Source: Lingula anatina (taxonomy: Eukaryota > Animalia > Brachiopoda). From it: a stretch of 64,000 bases of DNA. Made by a program: the position numbers and the translations under genes. The stretch is from positions 70,782,788 through 70,846,787 of the forward strand of contig CM120640.1 in the NCBI GenBank assembly GCA_051362555.1, read 5' to 3'. Below are positions 14,799 to 28,974 of this stretch, in pieces; the first letter of the stretch is position 1; each line of letters opens with the position of its first letter. Below the pieces are notes generated by a model. It saw only the letters and a program-made list of their open reading frames with translations, ran no database searches and was not told the origin of the DNA.

Positions 14799-17700
14799 AG
14801 GGATAATAACTCTTCGTTTTGGTCAAAAAATGAATTTTCCTGGATTAAACAACAATTTCTCCATACTTACCAATGGTAAATGAATCCATTTTTACATTCA
14901 AAGTTAGTCCCTAGTTTTTTTCTAAAAAGTTTTTTTTTGTTATAATCTCTTAAGTGATTATAACAGTGAATAGCCATCAATGGAGGTCACGTGGTCTTAA
15001 GACAAGCTCAGATATCAGAATAATAGCTATAACTGCCGTTTTTGTGGTATATCATATTTCTACGAGATGTTTACAATGTTTTTATTGTAAAATATAGATC
15101 TCATACGAAGAGTTATTTAGTCCGGTTGCTTAGGGCAAAAAAATGGCCAAATCGTGACACAGCGGATAAAAGCACCAAACTTTGCATGTGGGTACCTTTT
15201 GACATACTAAATCAAATTAGAGCCGTAGCCCACGGAAAAAAATTACTGTTTGGCCAAAAAAATCCAAAATGGCCGCCAATTTGTGAAATTTTGTAGAAAT
15301 ATATACATATCTATGTTGATTTTTATCAAATTAAGTATTTTCTCAATGTTTTCCACATCGTTATTACCCATATTATGCATATGTGTCAGATACCAAACTA
15401 GTGTCCTTGGACTTATTGAAAAATCCAAGATGGCCGCCGTATGGCATAGGAATACTAGAACATATACAAGGGTGTTCAACTAACTAATGCCAACTAGGAA
15501 GATGCATTGCCCACTATCTAATTAATTTTGTTTCTTATTACACAAATAATATATTTGTGGTGAGTAACTAACCTTTATTCACAGGCAATTCGAGAAAAAT
15601 CCAAGATGGCCCCCATATCAAAGGAATACTAGTATACACATAGGGCTTCTTCTGCCATGGAGATATAATATTAATTGATAAATTAGGTTTGTTTCTGAGT
15701 ATTTTCCACATCTTTTTAATTCATATAATATATATGTGATGAGAATGTTATGTGTATCATTTTTGAAAACAAAACAAAATGGCTGCCATTAGCCATAGAA
15801 GGTGGGGTTCAGTTAATACCTGCGAGAGATAGGCTTACAAATAAAATGAAGCTGAATTCAGTTGTTATTCTGTTTTTTAGTATTATTATCCCATGATACA
15901 TATCTGTTAGGTAATTAATGTCCATATTTTATCATTTTGGGGAAATCCAAGATGGCCTTCTTTTCCCCATAGGAAAAGTGGTGCATTAGATTTAATAGGC
16001 ACTTCTAAGGCAAATGAGGGTAATCATGATATTTTTTCAAAATACTTAAGGGTATACACTTGTTATCCACCAGATAGATATCTAAAAGTCCAAAAAGAAT
16101 GTGGGAAATACAGAGAAACAAAATTCATTTTATATTGAACCCAATGTTTCTCTGGCAGTAGTTGACTGTACTATTCCTATTGTGAATTGCAGCAATCTTG
16201 AATTTTCTCAAATACGCAAGATGCACACTTGTTACACACCAGATTTATAAAGAGTAAGGTTAATAAGGTTGTCAACATGTTTAAACATCAAACGGCTTTA
16301 TTTCATGTTGGAATCAATGTCTGAACTGTTTTATCAATTGACACCTATGTGCATTTGAATGATATATTCCTATGACAACTGGCAGCTATCTTGGATTTCT
16401 CCGAATAATACTCAAGAATACATACACTTTCAAAACACACAGAGTCTTTCATAAGGATAAATAGGATATGAAAAACATTAAAAACAACCCAACGTTAACT
16501 ACGTTTAAATCGTACTCAGTGTATTTCTAGCATTATTTGATTATGTGTTCGAATATTCTAATGACAAAAGGCAGACATCTTGAATGTTTTCAGAATACCC
16601 AAAGATACACACATGCTACAGACCAGGTATACATCATAGGAGTAATAATAAATGGAATGAAAAACATAAATTATTTTTAAAACAAACCCATGGAAATGTA
16701 AATGTATAATGAACCATATGCCTCTCTAGCAGCAATTGAAACCCACCCATTAGTATTCCTATGTTAAATTGTAGGTATCTTTTTCTCAGAATATCCAAGG
16801 ATGCACACTATTTACCCACCAGATATATATCATAAGACTAATAAGGATGGGCAAAACTTGATAAGCAAACACAAATTCACCCTGGTAGTAGATGAAAAGC
16901 CATGGATGTGCAGTTGTAATTCCAGTAGTATTCCTATGGCCAGTGACGGCCATCTTGGGTTTTTCTCAAAATGATCAAATATGCACATTTATTACCTGCT
17001 AGATATGTATCACAGTGTAATAATAATGTGTAAAGCACTAAAAAATAAACTGAATTTGATAGTGAATTAGCTGGCATTAGTTCCAACCCTTTGTAATACT
17101 ATAAGTATTCCTATTACATATGACGGCCATCTTGGATTTTCTCAAAATGCCCAAGAATACTGTTAGTTACTCACCACATACATATTGTGTGGGTAGAAAG
17201 GATGTGGAAAAACACTCAGAAACCAGCTTAATTTGATAGTGAAAAATTAATCTTTCCAGTTGCCATTAGTTGAATCACCGTATACTAGAATTCCTGTGGC
17301 ACATGGCAGCCATCTTGGATTTTCCAAAATGCCCAAGAACACTTCGTAGTTACTCACCACAAACATATTATGTGGGTAACAAAGATCTGAGAAGCAGACT
17401 TAATTTGACAGTGGACAACGTATCGTTCTAGCTGGTAATAGTTGTGCACTAGTATTCCTACAGGTATGGTTGTTTCTAGGGCAAATGACAGCCATCTTGG
17501 ATTTTTTCAAAAAGTCCAAGGGAACTTGTTTGCTATTTGACATATATGAATAAAATGGGTAATAAGGGTGTGGAAAACTTTGAGAAAATAATTTATTTGA
17601 TAAAAATCAACATAGGCATATACATATTTCTAAAGAATTCAATAAATTGGCGGCCATTTTGGATTTTTTGGCCAAACGGTAATTTTTTTCCGTGGGCTAC

Positions 17701-17806
17701 GGCTCTAATTTGATTTAGAATGTCAAAAGGTACCCACATGCAAAATTTGGTGCTTTTATCCGCCGTGTCATGATTTTTTCCTTAAGCCACCGGACTAATT
17801 ATCCCT
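14799..17806. mobile_element. Kolobok-like MITE (~325 bp) split by a nested element
   Basis: TTAA on both flanks (14795-14798, 17807-17810). Left TIR is AGGGATAATAACTCTTCGT; the right TIR ACGAAGAGTTATT|ATCCCT is restored once 15118-17800 is removed. Confidence 0.8.
15118..17797. mobile_element. Non-autonomous Academ-like DNA transposon with long modular (foldback) inverted repeats
   Basis: Ends are TAGTCCGGT..ACCGGACTA with a 3-bp TSD ATT. TIRs are clearly alignable over ~300 bp and continue as degenerate ~175-190-bp units (CCAAGATGGC in the left part, GCCATCTTGG in the right part). No transposase ORF. The superfamily call rests on the TAG..CTA termini plus the 3-bp TSD. Confidence 0.75.
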
Positions 17807-19475
17807 TTAACAGAATCGGTTTATTTCTAAGGGGGGAACCCAAGGCCAAAGTATATCAATTAGTTGACAAGAACGATTTTACACTGAAATATGTGAGGCA
17901 CAGGGATAGGAAATGTACCAACTTTTGTACCAACCTTTGTCTTCGTTTGCTTACGTTAGGACACACAATAGATAGTTAATTTAACTTTTAATAAAAGTTG
18001 GTTTATGGGCAGTGCTTCTTTGTAACCAGGGACGGCAGACGCAATTTTGACATATGATGCTACATTTCAGGGTCCGTCGGTGTTTTAATTTTTTTATTTC
18101 AGGGAGGGGGACATTTTTTCTTGGGTGTCAACTATTCATTTCCAGATCAATACCCAGTATATTTTTCCGTTACAGAAAAAAATAGGTACAGAAAATTGAA
18201 ATTTTCCCTAAAAAATAGGGTCGGTCGCACTCGTTAACCAATAGATTAATTTTGTCTTATAGTTTTTTTTTTAATGTTTGAATGTTTGTGCGTAGGGAGA
18301 AGGCATTCCTACGTACTTGCCTCCCCTCAAGCGAAATCATATTCATGGCATTAATTACTAAGGGTGTATCTTTAAACTGTTGACATTCCACCCCTTAGCT
18401 GGCAAAAGATCCGACGTTTATATATGGCGGTAGTCTGCTCGATGTCTCATGTATTTATTGATCTAAATCTAAATGGAAGGAGAGCGAACACGTGTAAGAA
18501 GGGGAGTTGTTACTATTATATGGTCTGGAGCAGGACACAATGGAGCCATCCTTAGGTAAATATTCACATTCTGAAATTTTCATCATTCGCTCTTCCTTTA
18601 ACCTCCCAATTCAAACAATCATAGCAGCTGACATTTTAATACCCCTTTAGGGCAACAATGATATCCTTAATAAAATCCATTCTTCTTTTGTCCTTTACTG
18701 GACAAATGCCCCAACAGAATATCTACGCACAGAGACACTTGTGCTGTAGAAGAGTATTTTAAAAAGTCAAACCCCCATTTGTGATCTCATTATTAACGGA
18801 CGTGCTTGAAAAATAATTTCACTGATTTAAGTCCATTAATTTTTTACATGAGAGTTCTATAGATTGGAAGAAATACACATCAAAAAGTAATCTAGGTATT
18901 TTTGTGGGTTGTAATCATGTGAACATTTTGGATATGGAATAACTTGGTAATTAACTTAAAAGCATTAAAATTCATAGGAAAATTTTAATTTTGCCATATA
19001 AAGGTTTAACATTCACTCCAAGCCTTTCTTCAATGCAAGGCAAAATAATAATAATAATAATGATCAGTACTTTATAAGCGAAACACACAGAGGATACTTA
19101 TCATGTACTGAAATATTTAAATAACATGTATATGTTACAGCTTCAATTTGCACATGGTAAAAAGCTAAAGTTGCATTTATGTACTTTGCAAATTATTCAC
19201 ATGTTGATGCATAAGTGTTGACTTGACTCCGGTCAAACAGAATATCTTTATATGAGGTCAGATTCCTGTCAATGTCCTCTCTTCTATTCTGTATCCATGT
19301 GACATGTAAAGAGTCCTGTCACAGATGTAATATAATATTCTTTATTCTGTATCCACATGTGTTAACATTATTTGGATGACCCACTTCACTTCCAACGCCT
19401 CCGCAGGTGTTTTATCTCTCACTGCCATGTTTAGTGTAGAATTCAAACAATGTAAATTTACATAATCATTTGTCA

Positions 19476-20888
19476 TCAGGATTGTTTTGACTGTCCTCCG
19501 CTACTGTCTGTTTCCTGCAATGAAAATTTCATAAAATCAGGTTATTTTTAATCAAGAAAAAAAAACAAACAAATAAATAAATAAAATAATAATAAAAATA
19601 AAATAATAATAAATAAACAAAACCTTGTAGTGGGATCTTATGTGGATTTCTGCAATTTTTTGCCCTGTAACTGCCAAATTATACATCTGTTTGAGTTGAA
19701 CTTTGTGTATTAATAAAAGGATCAAGATTGCAATTAGGAACATTCTTTTCTGAAGTCACTGCATACTTTGCTGTATAATCAGGAACTTCTGTATTGTATA
19801 CCTCTTAACCGCCCAGCTGTATGGCTGGTTTACATGAAATTGTGTGAGCTTAGATAAAAAAGATGGTTATATTGAAAAAATAGTAAATTTCAGAAATTTT
19901 CCTATTATAACTAATAATCTAAGTTTACTCAATTTAAACACGTTAGCTTTTGAGTTTTTATTTCTATCTAATATAGACTTCCTTTGAGTTTTATGCACAT
20001 CATATTTGATATTTATACAAGGGTCAACCATGATGTCTTGTTTATTGAAACAATCATGAATGACATATATATTACAACTGCTGGTATGAAATTAATATGC
20101 AGATAATTAAGTTCCATTAACAATTTTTCAGTTGAATCATTTACTTCTGAGTTGGAGCTTAAATGAAATATTATTTAGGATCATTAAAATGTGAGGCATT
20201 AAATCTTACCTTTAATGCAGCAGATTCCCTCCTTAATTCTTGTATTACCGTGGCCAAAGCCTCAGGATTCACTCCACTTTCACACAAACTGACACATATG
20301 GCCAGTGTTTCTGCATCAAGACCAGTATTCAGCAAGTTAGAGATCTCCAGAAGAGCTGTAAAATAAAGCAGTGAAAGAAACTTATTATTATTAATTTATT
20401 AATTATATATTTGTGATTATAAATTTCTAGGAGAAAATAACACCTGGAAATAAAAGTGGGGTGTTCAACAGTTGAAATAAATACCTTTTACATGTAGTTT
20501 GATGGCGTCTGAAAAAAAAAATGGTGTCACTGAAACTAGAATAGCTTTAAACCTAAATAAGACAGTTCAAATTTCGAACGCCTAATTCAAACTCAGATAT
20601 GTAGGTAATCAAATTTAGATACATAGGTATCTGTGTGTCATATAAATGTGTTGATATCTGCTTGAAAAACTGAACTCAAATGATTGAGTCTCAATGCTAC
20701 CGACATCGTCATTTACATCGTCAAATTCATGCTTTGTAAAAAGCAGTGTCTATCAGATAAACAATATTCATGACCTTCAATATCATAGGCAGTTAATCAA
20801 TGCCTGTATTTTTCTCAAAGACTAACAGATACATACTGTCCATCGTTTCTCTTGCTGTGGACACTTGCTTGCCGTTGTCCCCCGCCAT
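19476..20888 (-). CDS. MZT1: Mitotic-spindle organizing protein 1 (MOZART1), 78 aa, 3 exons
   Basis: Exons 20837-20888, 20210-20355 and 19476-19514 give [78 protein letters not shown], the MOZART1 family signature. Absent from the ORF track. Confidence 0.95.
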
Positions 20889-21000
20889 TACAACGACCTT
20901 GACTTTACCGTGACCTACTTTATTTCGATTGGTAGATTGACACCGAGGCGGTGAAGTTTAAAGTTTTGTTTGATGCTATCACAACACAGAGTAGACCAGC
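20889..21000. promoter_or_regulatory. Putative bidirectional MZT1/BORA promoter with a CCAAT box and a CDE/CHR-like element
   Basis: ATTGG at 20928-20932; GGCGG (20947-20951) followed by TTTAAA (20957-20962) facing BORA; lies between divergent start codons. Confidence 0.5.
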
Positions 21001-21566
21001 TAAGGGAACGATCTATGTGCAATTTTACTCAAATGCAGTTCATGACACTAAAAATTCATAAAAATTATTAAGGTGGGTTACTCAATAGTGTATTTATAAA
21101 AACTTAAAGCGCAATAGCTATGGTATTTTACAGCCCAAGGGTTTTTTTGGAAGAGAGTTACAACGAGATCCATGTAACTTACATGTGTACACTGTACAAC
21201 GATACTTTCATGATTTTAACTGTGCGATCAGAGTTGCATGTAACTTTGTGCCATAATTGTATTTACAAAAATTCACAATATCTAACGATTTAAAGATATT
21301 CAGCTATAGAGAGCACGCTCTTCAATTTATATTAATTTTAATTAAAAAGCTAGATCAAGGCACAGCACCAATCATTAAAGCTTTCCTTTGATAATTGTGT
21401 GTCAGCTCATTGAGGCAGGATTCAGCTGGCTTGACTTGATTACAATTAAGATATATCCAGGATAAGAAGACATTAAAACTTTATGGCATGTTAATCATTT
21501 TCATAGATTCATGAATATCTAGAAAATGTGGACCCTAAAATACAATGTTAAGTTTACACTTTCAGC

Positions 21567-24500
21567 ATGATGGAAAGTGGTGGTGGTATTTTACCTCTTG
21601 CAGCAGTGTCTTCTTTACCTGGAAGTCCACTGTTAAAGACTCCAGCCAAGCACAGTCCAATGGTGACAGCATCATCGGCTGGTACACCCAAGTTCAAAAC
21701 TCCTGCCAGATCACTGAGGACACCAGTATCACAGAGGTTCAGGGTAGGTGATGGTCATGTCCCAGTCTTTGGGATGTCTGCATTAACAAAGGCATTTCAT
21801 TTTACATTTATTCAAAGCAAAATGGCTCATGTAAGGTGTTTTACCTTAAACTAATTTACTTATCTAAAGATTTTTTAACTTAATATTTTTCAATGTAACT
21901 TTAGGTTACTTAAATCTTATGCAATTGTCAAATAGAAAATAATTTTTGATAATTTTCATTTGCTTTTGCATGGAAAATTGTTATCAATGATTTTTATTTG
22001 AATAATTTTGCCAGCTTGTAATATTCTGTTGGATAAAACATATTTCAGAGTGCTACATCTGCTCGTAAAGCTGGTGTATATGGATCATCTGGAGACAGTG
22101 GTAGCATTGCCATGAATCCATTTGAGTCAGTCCTTCTGGACAGACTTCATCAGTCCACATTCAGCCCAGGAGTCTTTGAGAAAAAGTTTACGCCAGAAAG
22201 TGAAAAGGTATTATAACTACTTAGACTGCTCACTAGCCAATCTGTAGCAAATGTATCAGAATGTTATTGCTGAAAATGTGTCTATTTAATGCTGAATATA
22301 GATCCTTATTCTCCCACAAGAAATGTAAGATATTGCCTATTTTTATAATCTTAAACTAGTGAGAACTGAAAGAAGAGACTTACATGTACTGTACACTGCA
22401 TTTACAGAAGAAACGTGTTATAAAAGACTGTAACATGTAATTAACTGATTTTTTTTATGATGTTACTTACTTATTTATGTTAGTTACTTGATTATTTTTG
22501 AAAACTCACTTAATCATCAGTGACAATATGGGCTCTCTTGGTTTTTTTTTAAATTTAGCTTTTCTTCTCCTTCTTTAGCTTTTGACATGGTGCTGACTTA
22601 CCCCATTATCTTTCTCTTGTTAGCCCGGATCTGTAAATGCTTTCTGTTGTAGGAGCCTAAACCATTCAGATGGTCCATAGATCAGTTGGCAATCCTCCAC
22701 CCAGCAGACATAGAGGAGCTGCCACTCCAGCAGGATACCATGTCCACTTTGTAGGTGTTTATTACCCAGTCATGTTTATTGTGTAGTTTATTAATCCAAA
22801 ACATGATAAATCTAATAATTTCTATAATAGTAAAATGTGACTTTCATTGGATCAGATTTATTTTTCAAACCACGTCAAGAAGACACTCAAAGAGCTAGCC
22901 TGTATGACAATAATGGTGATGTATATGATATAATTGTCTTTGTGTAGTCATGATCCTGAGTTGGAGGACACAGCACAGAAGGCCATAGATACTTTCTTCT
23001 CCACCAACATCCTGGTTCCCTCTCCCTGGCAGGACAGCAGTAGTAAACAGGCCAGCAAGAACAATGCTGTGCTGGGTAGGAACAGTGCTGAACTTGACCT
23101 TTTTGTTGATAAGGACTATAATTCAACAGTGTTTAGGTTGATACTATACCAAGCAACTTAAATTTGAATTTATTTTAGTTTATTTAATTAATCTTCATCT
23201 ATTTTTATTTTTGGTGAATAGAATATCAAATGGCTCTTTGAGTTCATCTTAATGAATTAACTATTATTATTTGTGACCCTCTGTTTTTAGATACTTCTGG
23301 AGCCTTTAATGTTGCTGAAGAGGAGAAATCTGGGCGTGGTTCTTCACTATATGAAGGGAAAAAACGAGATGGTAAGGGCATGTAATTTCTAGGATCAACT
23401 GCACTATTTTATCTATGGAGCCTTTTTTTCTCATCATTTAATTCGGATTAAGAAATATTGTTTTTGATATAACTGATTTTATATCCCAGAATATTTCAGA
23501 TGTTTTAAATGTTTATCTGTCAACTGGTGTAAATGTCATGCCTTTATCTTACCCAGCTGGATGCCAGACCACACTTACTCTTCCTGTTGACTTTGACCTG
23601 CAGAAGATCCTGGGTAAGCTTTGTGTCATGGTGATAGTTTTAAGATCTGTATGGGTAATATAATGCTCTGCTTGTTCTCACATTTGATGCATAATAATTT
23701 TTGAAAGAAAATAAACAAAAATTTAATATAAGATGTAATTACTCTATTCGTTGACGGTTAATCTGTCAGTGTTTGAAGGTGTAGTTTTCTTAATCTTAAT
23801 CTCGGCATTTTAAGTGTGTACTGAAGTGTTCCCTTCACATTAACCAGGAGAATTTTACACTCACCTTGATGAGGGAACTGGTGACTCCCTGAGTAACTCC
23901 TCACTGAGAAGAAAGTTATTTTTTCATGGTCATAGAGAGGAGCAAGAGGCAATCAGTCCTGTCAAGTAAGTCTTTCCAGCCACTAGTGAAATGATAAGGG
24001 ACTGACATATAATGTTTATGTTTAATTTTGTTTTTTTACGATCATTGAGAATTGATCAACATTGTTTTATACATAATATCAATAAGTGTTACCATTCTTA
24101 AAATAATAATAATAATCGTAATAATAAACTTAAAAAGGGGTTAAACATGTTTAGTGTATACACTTATCTTACACATGGCCCTCTTGAAAGTATAATGTGG
24201 ATAATTGATGATTTTTTCCTCAAACTCAGCACTTGAGTTTTTGTCATTGATAATATTTCAGGTCTGGCAGAGAAGCAGTTGGGGAGATGCAGTGTGATAC
24301 CTCGCTGTCAGTTTCTCCTGTCAAGACACAGACGCCTAACTCTAAACTTGCCAGTGCTCACGTATCAGTAAGTCTTTATTCTGTGTCTGCTTAGACTGGT
24401 GTTTCTGTTAAATTTGATAATGAATTGTAAAATTTGAATTTTTTGCTCTTAAAATGAGCTAGTTATTTAAGTATTACAGGTAGTTTTAATTAGATTACTA

Positions 24501-26572
24501 TATGTAACAATGTTTTATGGTGTGCATGTTTAGTTTTTTAATCCAGTGTATACAACTTATAATTATGTACAGTATACACTGTGCATATTGTCTACTAGTG
24601 GCAACCAGCATTATTTCCTTGAGGTGTGGTGATGAGTTAATTATTCTTCATCTGTTTCAGGCTCAGTTTTCCTCTAGTCCTATCATAGTGAGTAAGAAGT
24701 GTGTTGGCAGTGCAGAGGCCAGGTTTGGCAGGTGCTCCATTGGATTAGATCATTTGTCTTCTCCTGAATTATCTCCAATTAGTGGTCAAAACAATAGAAA
24801 GGCTGCTGATTCAGGTAAAAAAGAAACGTTTTGACTCAGTGGCAGATGCCTTCAATAATTTATCAGTCTTTACATGCAGCTTTTGTTGGGGATATATAAG
24901 ATAATGGGCGATTTGAAAAGTATTCAAAAGTTTCCTCTTGAAAACTAATTATTTTGTTGATTAAAGAAAATTGGTCTTTATTTGCCCCTCTTTGGCACAT
25001 TGTTGCTAGAATTTATGTTTATTTTCCTGTCTAATTTATCATATAATATTCCATGTTGTCCAGGCACTCCCTCGGTGTTCCCTTTGCAAGCCACCCCATC
25101 CACTGGCAAGCAAAGTCTCCCGCCAGAGAGTCCTGGGATATCCCCCATACAACTGGAGAAGACACGAGTTCTGGTGGGGTCTGGCAAGATAAGTCCTGTG
25201 CAAGCTTTGAATTTCAGTGGTAAGTATTTTTCTCAGATGTTGTCGTGGTGTCGTTTCATGTGGTTGAGTCATTTGTATTAATTGATTTAAAATGCTAACT
25301 TTTGCAGACATGGAATCTAAGTGAAGAGCCAGTGTTTTTTTTGTACAAAACTTAATACATGGATTTGTCTTAACATCTAAATTTACATCTGTTTGTCAGT
25401 GTAATTACACACTTGGAATTTTGTAATGTTTTAGGTTTGGATGATTGTGGAGATGATGATAAAGAAAACAACAGCTCATCACTGGGAGCCAATTCCAGTT
25501 GTAGGAAAGAACACTTGGATAAGGATCGAAGAGTCTCACTAGATATGGATGTAGACATGACAGACATTAATGGCAAAGAACACTTAGACAATACATACCT
25601 CTATGCCGAGAGTGGTAATCCTATCAAATTCCGTCCTAAACTGATGTCCACTATCAGAGAGCAGTCAGTGGACATGGACTGCACCAGCATCAACTGCAAC
25701 AAATCGTTCAACGCCGAGACAGGATTTCAGAACGGTCTGTTGCCACCAATGCATTCAACTCAGCTTGAAACCAACTCCTCGCAACAGACCCATTCTGCCA
25801 CTCAGGACACCGGCTATCAGACCTGTAGCAATAATAGAACTAGTGACAATGCTACACAGCCTGGGCTGTCAGGAGCATCTTCCAAGAGTCAACTCACCAA
25901 GGCTCTGGATTGTAACATTCCTGATGGGTATTCTGTGGCCAAACATCACACAGAACAAATCACAAAGGCCACTGGGTTATTAGCTTTCAGTTCACATCTG
26001 GATAAGTTTGCTGACAGTGAGAACGTTTGCCGAGGCTCGGACAAGAAGGGTGCGCTGTCTCTTGATGACTGTGGTAGACATGAACTGTCACTGTCTACAT
26101 CAAACTCCTGCACCTGTGCACACCTGGCCCACACTGATGACCTTGTTGTCTTGAGAGCAAAGCAGGCACTGGGCCAAGTTGTAGACGGACAATTTCTAGA
26201 TGTGTCTGAAAGCCACTCGTCTCTGCTACAGACCAACACACACTCTGTGGACACAAACACTACTGTGAGTTGGAACAGTCTAGGGAGAGCACCCTTAACT
26301 AATGTGACACCTAGAATAATGAATCACACTGGAGTTCCTCTGTTTCCATGGCATCCATTGATAGCATCCACACCATGTAAAATGCACGGATATGGGGATT
26401 CCTGGCTAGTCCAACAGAAGGCCATGTACAGCAGCACCAGCTCTCATCCATTAAGTAAGTGCTGTATAGATCATCATACAAGCAGTGCACAGTTATTATA
26501 TATATATATATTATTCGATTTTTCATGTACAGACACATAAATGCTAACCAGAAGTGCACAGTTATATAGTAT

Positions 26573-26616
<44 letters not shown>

Positions 26617-27003
26617 AATTATTTTTATTTTCAATATACAATTGTTCCCTTTATTTGTCAGACGTGAGCTTTTTCCAATGAAGTCACTGAATTCTCCTTT
26701 TTTACATGACCCCAGAACAATTAAACCCCAAAAAATTTATGTAAGGTGTTTGGTTCCACGATAAATGTTTTTTTATTCTAAAACCTGGGCTCTTGTCTGA
26801 CTGGTGTTTTACAGTTTATTATAAGTTAGTAGTTTCTAACTTGAAGAGTTTCCCATGAGAGAACTAGGAACTATTCTGTGTTCCTCCTTTTTTAAATTTT
26901 AGCGTCTTATTCTTTTCTTTTATTTTAAGGTGAAGTGGCAATGAAAGTTTTGAAGAAAGCAGGAGAAGACTACAATAAATTCTGCACAGATTCATGTACA
27001 TAG
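21567..27003 (+). CDS. BORA: Protein aurora borealis (Aurora A activator), ~12 coding exons
   Basis: Bora motifs on successive exons: MNPFES..FSPGVF, PFRWSIDQLAILHPADI, AQKAIDTFFSTNILVPSPW, CQTTLTLPVDFDLQKILG, SSLRRKLFF, QFSSSPI, and a DTGYQT degron. Large exon ~25435-26454; last exon 26930-27003. Confidence 0.92.
26574..26613. repeat. (ATT)n microsatellite
   Basis: Direct trinucleotide run in the last BORA intron. Confidence 0.9.
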
Positions 27004-28974
27004 CATCAGGAATCAGGACTGGTTATGATGAATATACCAAAGAAATCCCCTTTTATATTAGGAATTCTGTTGCTCATCGTGTGTGCTAATTATTTTAGAT
27101 AGCTGTGTTAATAAGGAACTATTGCTGACCTTTGTGCTCTATATGATTCAATCGGCATTATTTAAATTCTGAACATTGACAGTGATTAATAGATATCAAT
27201 TGAAAAACCTGGGTACATTTTAGATTTACACTCAGGTAAACAACAATCATTATGTTTCTTAGCTATTCCTTAACTCTTGATTGTTCTACATGATGAACTA
27301 TTATTGGGAATATTTATTACCAGTGTCATTCACATCTCAAAATTTTGGATATGCTGGAAGTGTATAATACAACAATAAAAACTCTGACAGTACTGATTTT
27401 TTGGAAACGTGATTCTCAGGGCCTCTGTGTGTGTGTGTGTGTGTTTATTCTCCCCTTTTATTGAAGGAATGAGGGCACAATCTGTTGTTTTGGTAGGCAA
27501 AATGAAATTCTTCCTTGTGAGACAGTTTTGGTTGCTCACTAGTAGTATATTCATGTAATCAGAAAAATGAATTATATCTTCACATTACAATTATGAAAAG
27601 TATGTGGCAGAATGTGGTTTATATTTTATGAATTTAGAGATAACGAAATGTGATCAGTGCAAATTATATATTATTGTGCATTATGTTTAAATAAAAATTA
27701 CTTTGAATGTTTTAGAGGGTTCAAGTGAGGTGAATGTGATGGAATCAGCTAGGAGACGATATTACCTGCTTTTTTATCATATAGAGTTGTAAGGTTCATT
27801 ATTAAACTTTACTGAATTCTACTTTGATGAATATTGTTCACTACTATTTAATTTTTTAAGTGAATAAATTTGTTAAATATATAAATTTATTTGCCTCTTT
27901 TTATGGAAAATAAATGTAGTGAAAAACATTAAATATGATCAAAATGCAGGAGGCTTAAAAGAGAAGGCTTAAAAGGCTCAGTATAAGGGAAATATTTAGA
28001 TAAATAACATTGGTTGACAGACTGTAACACTGGTGGAGAATTGCAATATATGTAATTATGCCCACAAATTTGATGCCAGAATTACATTTACCATATTTAG
28101 CCTGTATAACAGCTAAGAGCCTTCTGCTGCTGTTCAAAATAAATTACTAAATGAAGAAATAATAATTTTTAAAAATCTTTCAGGACTGCCATAATCTGTA
28201 TGTTGTTTTAAAAAGCTACTAATGCTCATTGGCCAATTCCATTTTTAAAAAATTAATATATGTAATTATAATACCTCCTTTGCTTGATTGCAAATTTAGG
28301 CAAATTAAAAGAATTTATCCACCCATGCACTCCTTAGGAAATACTATTTGTGTTTGAAAATAACCCAAAATAATCTTTAAAATTCTAAATGTGCTGCAAA
28401 GCTATCCCCCCACCACCAAATTCAGACCTTACAAATGAGAAAATTAGTCAAACATGCAAATGTTTATGGCTGCACCGAGATAGCAATTTAAATTTTTTAG
28501 CAGATTCAGAATATTTTAGCGTGCCTTTTAACTGGCCTCCCAGGAAAATTATTTTATACTGGTTTTGAACACTGATTCCCTGATAGAGCAAGAAACTCAC
28601 TCAAAATGTTAACTTTTATGCATGCGATTTTTTAACAATCAGCCCCTTCTTGTCTAATGAATTTAGTCAAACATTATACTCCAAAACTTAATAACTTGAG
28701 ATCACTCGGTCAGTTATTGCTGACAGCATGTAAAGCCAGACTGAAAAAACATATGGTGACCTAGCTTTATTATATTAAGTCTACGGACTTATTTTATTAT
28801 ACGTTGAAATTTACTCCTGAAATGTCAGGAAGGCAAGGCAGTCTGAATAAACCCTGATTTGTTACAACTAATTAAATTATTTTATTAGAAATGGTACAAA
28901 TCATTGATTCCAAAGGCAGGACAGACTCGAGCAACGACAGGGATTTTTTTCCTGTAGGAAAATTCGATTTTGAG

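Noticed and set aside
15042-15483. Short ORFs as transposase fragments
   Set aside because: They lie in terminal inverted repeats and show no transposase motifs.
26311-26634. Poly-Asn ORF (and poly-Tyr/Ile ORFs near 52149-52571)
   Set aside because: Translations of (AAT)n microsatellites.
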